From Pavona decussata (Eukaryota), in contig CDRNST010000239.1 in the NCBI GenBank assembly GCA_977016875.1, forward strand, positions 1,178,001 through 1,242,000: DNA of 64,000 nt. The letters run 5' to 3'. Every line of letters starts with the position of its first letter. Position 1 is the stretch's first letter. Position numbers and translations under genes: made by a program. The notes under the pieces were generated by a model. The model had not been told where the DNA came from. It saw only the letters and a program-made list of their open reading frames with translations, and did not search any database. Positions 59,298-64,000 of this stretch are shown here, piece by piece.

Positions 59298-59450
59298 CAG
59301 GCCCCAGTTGTTAAAAGAGAAGATAACTTTATCCAGCCGATAAGGCACTATCCTGTGGATAAAATCTGTTGGTTGGAGTACACTTTATCTGCTGGATAGA
59401 TCACTTATCCACTAGACAGGGTTATCTGCTCTTAGAAGAACTGGGGCCTG
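59298..59450. mobile_element. MITE
   Basis: caggccccagttg...aactggggcctg; same family as 51089-51241. Confidence 0.7.
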
Positions 59451-60196
59451 GATTGTATACCAAGAGTGATTTTTAATATTATTGAGAGAAGCACTTTTTT
59501 CGACCAAAATCATCCCTTACATGTACATTCATTTTGCAATGGGCCCGTCAATTGAGGGATGTAAAACCAAAGTACAGTGTAGCCACCTTTGGCTAAAGAC
59601 AACAAATTAATATTATAAAGGAAATAAAGGGAGATGTAAAGAATCGACCATATGAAGGTGCAGAAAAAATCTGAGCCCCAGACGGGATTCAAACCCACGA
59701 CCCTCCGTGTTCTAGATCGGATGCTCTAACCTCTGAGCTACTGAGGACTTGTTGGCGAGCAAGGGTCATTTTTGTGGGTTGGACTTACGAGCCGCATCAC
59801 GCAGTCACGCAATGTGTTGCTTGTGATGGACTGCGTGACTGCGTGATGCAGTTCGTAAGTCCAACCCACAAAAATGACCCTTGCTCGCCAACGAGTCCTC
59901 AGTAGCTCAGAGGTTAGAGCATCCGATCCCGAACACGGAGGGTCATGGGTTCGAATCCCATCTGGGGCTCGGATTTTTTCTGTGTCCTCTTACCGTCGAT
60001 TGCATCTACCCGTGAACGCACGCGCGCAAAACATGTTTTCACGTGACGTCAAACGTCTAAGTTTCAGGTGTCAAACTTTGAAGTTTCCCCGCCCAAATGT
60101 GAAGTTCCCTCTCTCGTGGTCCACTCCGGTTCTCTTTGAAGCTTCCACTGTCAGTGTGGTCCGAAGAAATCAGCGAAAATCTCGATCTTCACTGAT

Positions 60197-61420
60197 ATGG
60201 AGAGCAGAAAAAGTATAGAGGATTTTCTTAGAGACGTGGACGAGGACTTGCTTATATATGCTGCTGAGTTAAGAAGCAATGGTTTCACGTCGACAGCGAG
60301 CGCAAAGTATCTAACGGAAAACGATCTAGCGGGAATCCCTGAAGGACATAAAAGACTTATTTTAAATATGGTTAGCCGTCTGAGAACGCCCGTACGTGAA
60401 AGACCGCAAACTAAATTCCCCTCATCCTCAGAGAAAAGTCCAGCTTCTAAATCTCCAGCGAGGAAAAAAACTGTCCTTAGTGTTGGCGAGACAAGTGTTG
60501 GACAAGAAGCACAGTGGTCACAACGTGAAGCCAGCGTCTCGCGCCCAACGATTAGACGAAAATTACTGTCCCCTGGAGAAAGATTCATCGAAGAAAAACG
60601 CAACGCTGTGGAGGAAAAACTTGCCGAAGCTGCTGAAAAACGAAAAGTGCTGGAAGATTCGTACCGAAGAATCAAAGAGGCTGCTTCTGAAAATAACCTT
60701 ACCGGCCAACGATGCAGTAATTGCCATTACCGAAATCATACTGTTCGCAGTTGTCGGATGGAAAAGTGCGAGTCAGTATTTTTCTGTGGCGAATTAACGC
60801 GACATCCTGACGAAAAGATGAAGCTCCAAGAGCAGAAGAACAAAATAAAAGCATTAGAAACATCAGCAACTAAACTTGAACAAGAACTGAAGTCTCGGGA
60901 GGCAGCTTTTGATAGAGTGCAGGGGTCTGTAAACAAACAACTAGAAGACATGCTACTCAAAGAATACCCTGAAGAATATGTCCAAAATAATGCAAGAAAT
61001 TGGCTGAAAATTCAACAGGACATTGCATTTGTGAAGAAATCATTAAAGGGCAGTGGACCGCCTCGAAGAGAAATTGTGAAATCTCTCCTTGAGAGAAAAA
61101 AGTCCGTTGAGAACGACAAACGCCTTGGACTTAAGACTATTCCAGAACGTGACGCCACCGCGAACAGCTCAACTGCTGAAAAATGTTCCCAAACCAGAGT
61201 CCGGCTGGAAAGCTATGGTGTAACTTTCCCTGATCGGCGAAACTTTACTAGCTCAACCAGTTTCTGCCCGTCGCCAAATACACCAGAGGAAGAGGAAGAA
61301 CAGCTTTGCATGGCTAGACAGTTGTCTCTTGGTTCCATACCCTTTAACAATGGCGATAACACTGAGCAAACTAAGGAAGCGGCCAATATTTTGCTGTCCT
61401 TCAAGTCTTCAAAGGAATGA
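60197..61420 (+). CDS. transposon accessory protein: SAM domain, coiled coils, Cys/His zinc knuckle, UIM-like motif
   Basis: 407-aa intronless ORF. SIEDFL..YAAELRSNGFTS..LTENDLAGIPEGHKRLILNMVSRL fits the SAM pattern; CSNCHYRNHTVRSC..CESVFFCGELTRH; EEEEEQLCMARQLSL. Confidence 0.8.
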   Translation: MESRKSIEDFLRDVDEDLLIYAAELRSNGFTSTASAKYLTENDLAGIPEGHKRLILNMVSRLRTPVRERPQTKFPSSSEKSPASKSPARKKTVLSVGETSVGQEAQWSQREASVSRPTIRRKLLSPGERFIEEKRNAVEEKLAEAAEKRKVLEDSYRRIKEAASENNLTGQRCSNCHYRNHTVRSCRMEKCESVFFCGELTRHPDEKMKLQEQKNKIKALETSATKLEQELKSREAAFDRVQGSVNKQLEDMLLKEYPEEYVQNNARNWLKIQQDIAFVKKSLKGSGPPRREIVKSLLERKKSVENDKRLGLKTIPERDATANSSTAEKCSQTRVRLESYGVTFPDRRNFTSSTSFCPSPNTPEEEEEQLCMARQLSLGSIPFNNGDNTEQTKEAANILLSFKSSKE

Positions 61421-61975
61421 ATGAAACTTTGACTTTGTCGTGTACGGCATTTTACGTAGCCTGCAGTGTGCTCGATTAACCGTTAATAACTTTACTGTTA
61501 TTGTAAGATCATAGCTAGTTTCTGACATGTCCACATCCGTTTTTCCTTGTTTAAGCAGTTAAATGTTAGGATGTTTGAAACAGAAAATTCATTTGTTTTC
61601 GAAATTGCACATCAATTGTCGGTTTTCGCATGTGTACGTTTAAGCAGAAACTTAGCTCTTGCTGTTTTCCAGATAAGCTGATTTCAATAACACATAGAAT
61701 AAACTAAGGAAGCGGACAATATTTTGCTGTCATTCAAGTCTTCAAAGACTTCAAAGGAGTGAATGGAACTGACTTTTTTAGCTTTGTACACGGTATTTTA
61801 CGTTGCCGTTGTGCTCTATTTTACCGTAAATAATTTTCCTGTCGATTCGCAGCTAGTTTCAGACTTGTTGACATCCGTTTTTCCTCGTTTAAGCAGTAAA
61901 ATGTTAGGATGTTTTGACACAGAAAATTCATTTGTTTTCGAAATTGCAAATCGATTGTCGTTTTTCGCATGTGTA
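61366..61975 (+). repeat. diverged ~270-bp direct duplication of the accessory ORF 3' end and 3'UTR
   Basis: aaactaaggaagcgg(c/a)caatattttgctgtc...ttttcgcatgtgta at ~61368-61636 and ~61700-61975. Confidence 0.85.
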
Positions 61976-62457
61976 GCAACTGATCAATTTAACTTGCCGT
62001 TTCGTAGTAAATTCAATAAATCGAAACGAACAATTGACTTTTTATTGTAGTTTAATATTTGATGGGGTATTGATTTTGTGCTTGTAGTTTGGCTGGCTAT
62101 AGTTCACACCATACTATTTCACGCAAGGGAATGCAGAGAGCGAGCATCTTCTGAGTGACGAAAAAACTCTTTACAAATACATTCGGAATTGTGTTAGTAA
62201 CAGTCCTTTCTACTTTTGGCTTTTCGCATTACATATTGTGATAATAGCACAGCAAAATTTGGCGGAAAATAAAACCGCCGCAACATTATGAGCTTAAGCT
62301 TACTAGTAAACAAAATTATACCCGAGTTTCAAACAAATTTTAAAGTAAAATCTTTGGCAACAAAATTTCTGGGTCAGATGACTACAATATTTTACTCTAT
62401 TTCTCACTCTTCTTTAGCAATAACAATATTACTGTATTTGTATTACAGTTCTGTCTC

Positions 62458-63501
62458 TCAAAACAAATATCCTACATGCTTGTAGTAGCCGTACATGTCG
62501 GCCGCTGTTACATCTCCGACCGCTCTCAAAACTGCGTATTCCAGGTTATCCCACACTAGTTCCTGGTATCTGTACTTTAGCAAATATTTCAGCTTCGAAA
62601 ACACCTCCTCAACAGGATTGAGATCTGGTGAATACACTGGGAGGAAAACGAGCTCCATTCCCAAATCATTTAGGAAGCTTCGCAGTGCTCTTTCCGCTTC
62701 GCCATGATGCGCGGCTAGATTGTCCACCACGACAATGTCGCCAACTTCGAGAATTGGTCTTTGCGTTATTGGATCAACTGTTTGCGAAGCCTCATCAAAG
62801 AATCGTAAAAACTGTACAGAGTTCGACGCTCCTTCTATGATGTTTCCATATTTTACTCCATCATAACCAACCAGAAAGTTCAGGGTGAGGTTTGCGGTAG
62901 ACAAGTATCTTCGCGCTTCTACGCAATCTTCACCGACAGGTGAGAAACCAAAGTTTCTGTGACCAGCATCAGGCAGTTGAAAACCTGACTCATCGAAAAA
63001 CTTAACAGAGGAAGGATCTTTATCTTTTAAATAGTCAATGTACAACTGAGTGTACACTATATTTTCGGGAGTAAAACGCTCTGACGCACATTTCCCCAAT
63101 CGTTTTCGGGAATAGTTGCGGCCACTTGGAAGTTTGAACCTGATATTTCTGGAAATTGTTGATGTTGACAGTTCTCCGCAGTCACCGTGAATGGCCAAAT
63201 CATCGCGCAGTTCTTTAAGAGAGGACGAACCACTTGCTTGCACCATGGTCTCCAACAGAATAGAGTCTTGGAAAGTACACCTAGGAACTGTTCGAACGTG
63301 ATTCGACTGTTTGGGAGCCGTGCTTCCAGTCACGATATACTGCTTAACGATTTTTGAAACTGCACCTTTGCTGATGCGTAATCTCCGCCCAACTTCTGAA
63401 AAAGAATAATCCTGCGCAAGTTCTTTCACTTGATTACGTAAATCGCTTGAAAGTGGGACGCCTTTCTGATAATTTCGTCCTTGCTGGTTGATTGAAAACA
63501 T
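62458..63501 (-). CDS. DD37E transposase with paired-like DNA-binding domain
   Basis: ATG at 63501, 347 aa. FFDESGF (D at 62992-62994), VVVDNLAAH (D at 62722-62724), YSPDLNPVEEVF (E at 62608-62610), with 37 residues between the second D and E. Confidence 0.93.
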   Translation of the reverse strand: MFSINQQGRNYQKGVPLSSDLRNQVKELAQDYSFSEVGRRLRISKGAVSKIVKQYIVTGSTAPKQSNHVRTVPRCTFQDSILLETMVQASGSSSLKELRDDLAIHGDCGELSTSTISRNIRFKLPSGRNYSRKRLGKCASERFTPENIVYTQLYIDYLKDKDPSSVKFFDESGFQLPDAGHRNFGFSPVGEDCVEARRYLSTANLTLNFLVGYDGVKYGNIIEGASNSVQFLRFFDEASQTVDPITQRPILEVGDIVVVDNLAAHHGEAERALRSFLNDLGMELVFLPVYSPDLNPVEEVFSKLKYLLKYRYQELVWDNLEYAVLRAVGDVTAADMYGYYKHVGYLF

Positions 63502-63839
63502 CTTCCTCGATCTTCCCTTCGAGCAGTAGCACTGATCAGTGTCGAGAAGCAAAACTTCACATTTGGGCGGGAAAACTTCAAAGTTTGACACCTGAAACTT
63601 AGACGTTTGACGTCACGTGAAAACATGTTTTGCGCGCGTGCGTTCACAGGTAGATGCAATCGACGGTATGGTCGATTCTTTACATCTCCCTTTATTTCCT
63701 TTATAATATCAATATCATGCAGTGACAACAAATTAAAAAAAATTATATAAAAACAGCATGAGGGAACACTCAGAACTCAAAGAAAATTCACCTACATTTT
63801 TTTTTAATTAAAGCTCTCAAAACAAACAAAATTAACAAG

Positions 63840-64000
63840 ATGCATTATTTAGTCAGTGGCACAGGTATAATATACTCGGAAAAAAGAAATCCAAATTCTC
63901 CTATCAGGAATCGGACCTAAGACTTTCCGATTACTATTTCGGATGGTCTACCACTGAGCTACAGGAGACTTGAGAGAGCTAAGGCCATCAAACTAAGTTC
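63840..64000 (-). mobile_element. tRNA-derived element, partial at the window edge
   Basis: taccactgagctacaggagact..gctaaggccat..aaacta matches the left arm of 46760-47140. Confidence 0.55.

Larger units (their letters stand above)
59993..63666. mobile_element. two-gene IS630/Tc1/mariner-superfamily DNA transposon, apparently intact
   Basis: 114-bp TIRs (59993-60106, 63553-63666; 2 mismatches); TA on both sides; the host element rejoins across the insertion site; two uninterrupted convergent ORFs. Confidence 0.95.
59610..63723. mobile_element. palindromic tRNA-derived element, interrupted by the Tc1-type transposon
   Basis: The left arm 59610-59810 is the reverse complement of 59835-59992 plus 63669-63709; tRNA-like heads at ~59673-59750 (-) and 59893-59970 (+); flanking 12-bp direct repeat GACAACAAATTA (59598-59609, 63724-63735). 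Confidence 0.8.

Noticed and set aside
59893-59970. Functional tRNA gene
   Set aside because: The anticodon arm is irregular and differs between the two inverted copies, and it is embedded in a palindromic repeat.
63502-63591. 30-aa N-terminal extension of the transposase ORF
   Set aside because: It starts at a non-ATG codon inside the TIR; the first ATG at 63501 coincides with the start of the paired-like domain.

Overview
AT-rich, intron-rich eukaryotic DNA; the gene content and repeat types suggest an anthozoan such as a stony coral (inference). Two MALT1-like type 1 paracaspase genes (death domain-Ig-Ig-caspase-like) lie head-to-head around a ~0.9 kb CpG-rich spacer. Paralog A (minus strand) runs off the left end of the window; paralog B (plus strand) is complete with 14 coding exons. 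A complete replication-dependent histone quintet (H2B<- ->H2A, H4<- ->H3, H1->) is nested inside a ~9 kb intron of paralog A. A five-exon gluconokinase (IDNK) follows on the minus strand. At the right end is an apparently intact 3.67 kb IS630/Tc1/mariner-type transposon (114-bp TIRs, TA duplication) with two convergent genes. One is a DD37E transposase whose N-terminus resembles both halves of the Pax paired domain; the other is a 407-aa accessory protein with SAM, Zn-knuckle, coiled-coil and UIM-like motifs. This transposon is inserted in a palindromic tRNA-derived element. Introns and spacers hold many MITEs, SINEs, a foldback element, a hAT-like element and Penelope-type palindromes with degenerate hammerhead cores. 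There is one N gap (28263-28590). Exon boundaries and motif matches were read by eye; no searches were run.
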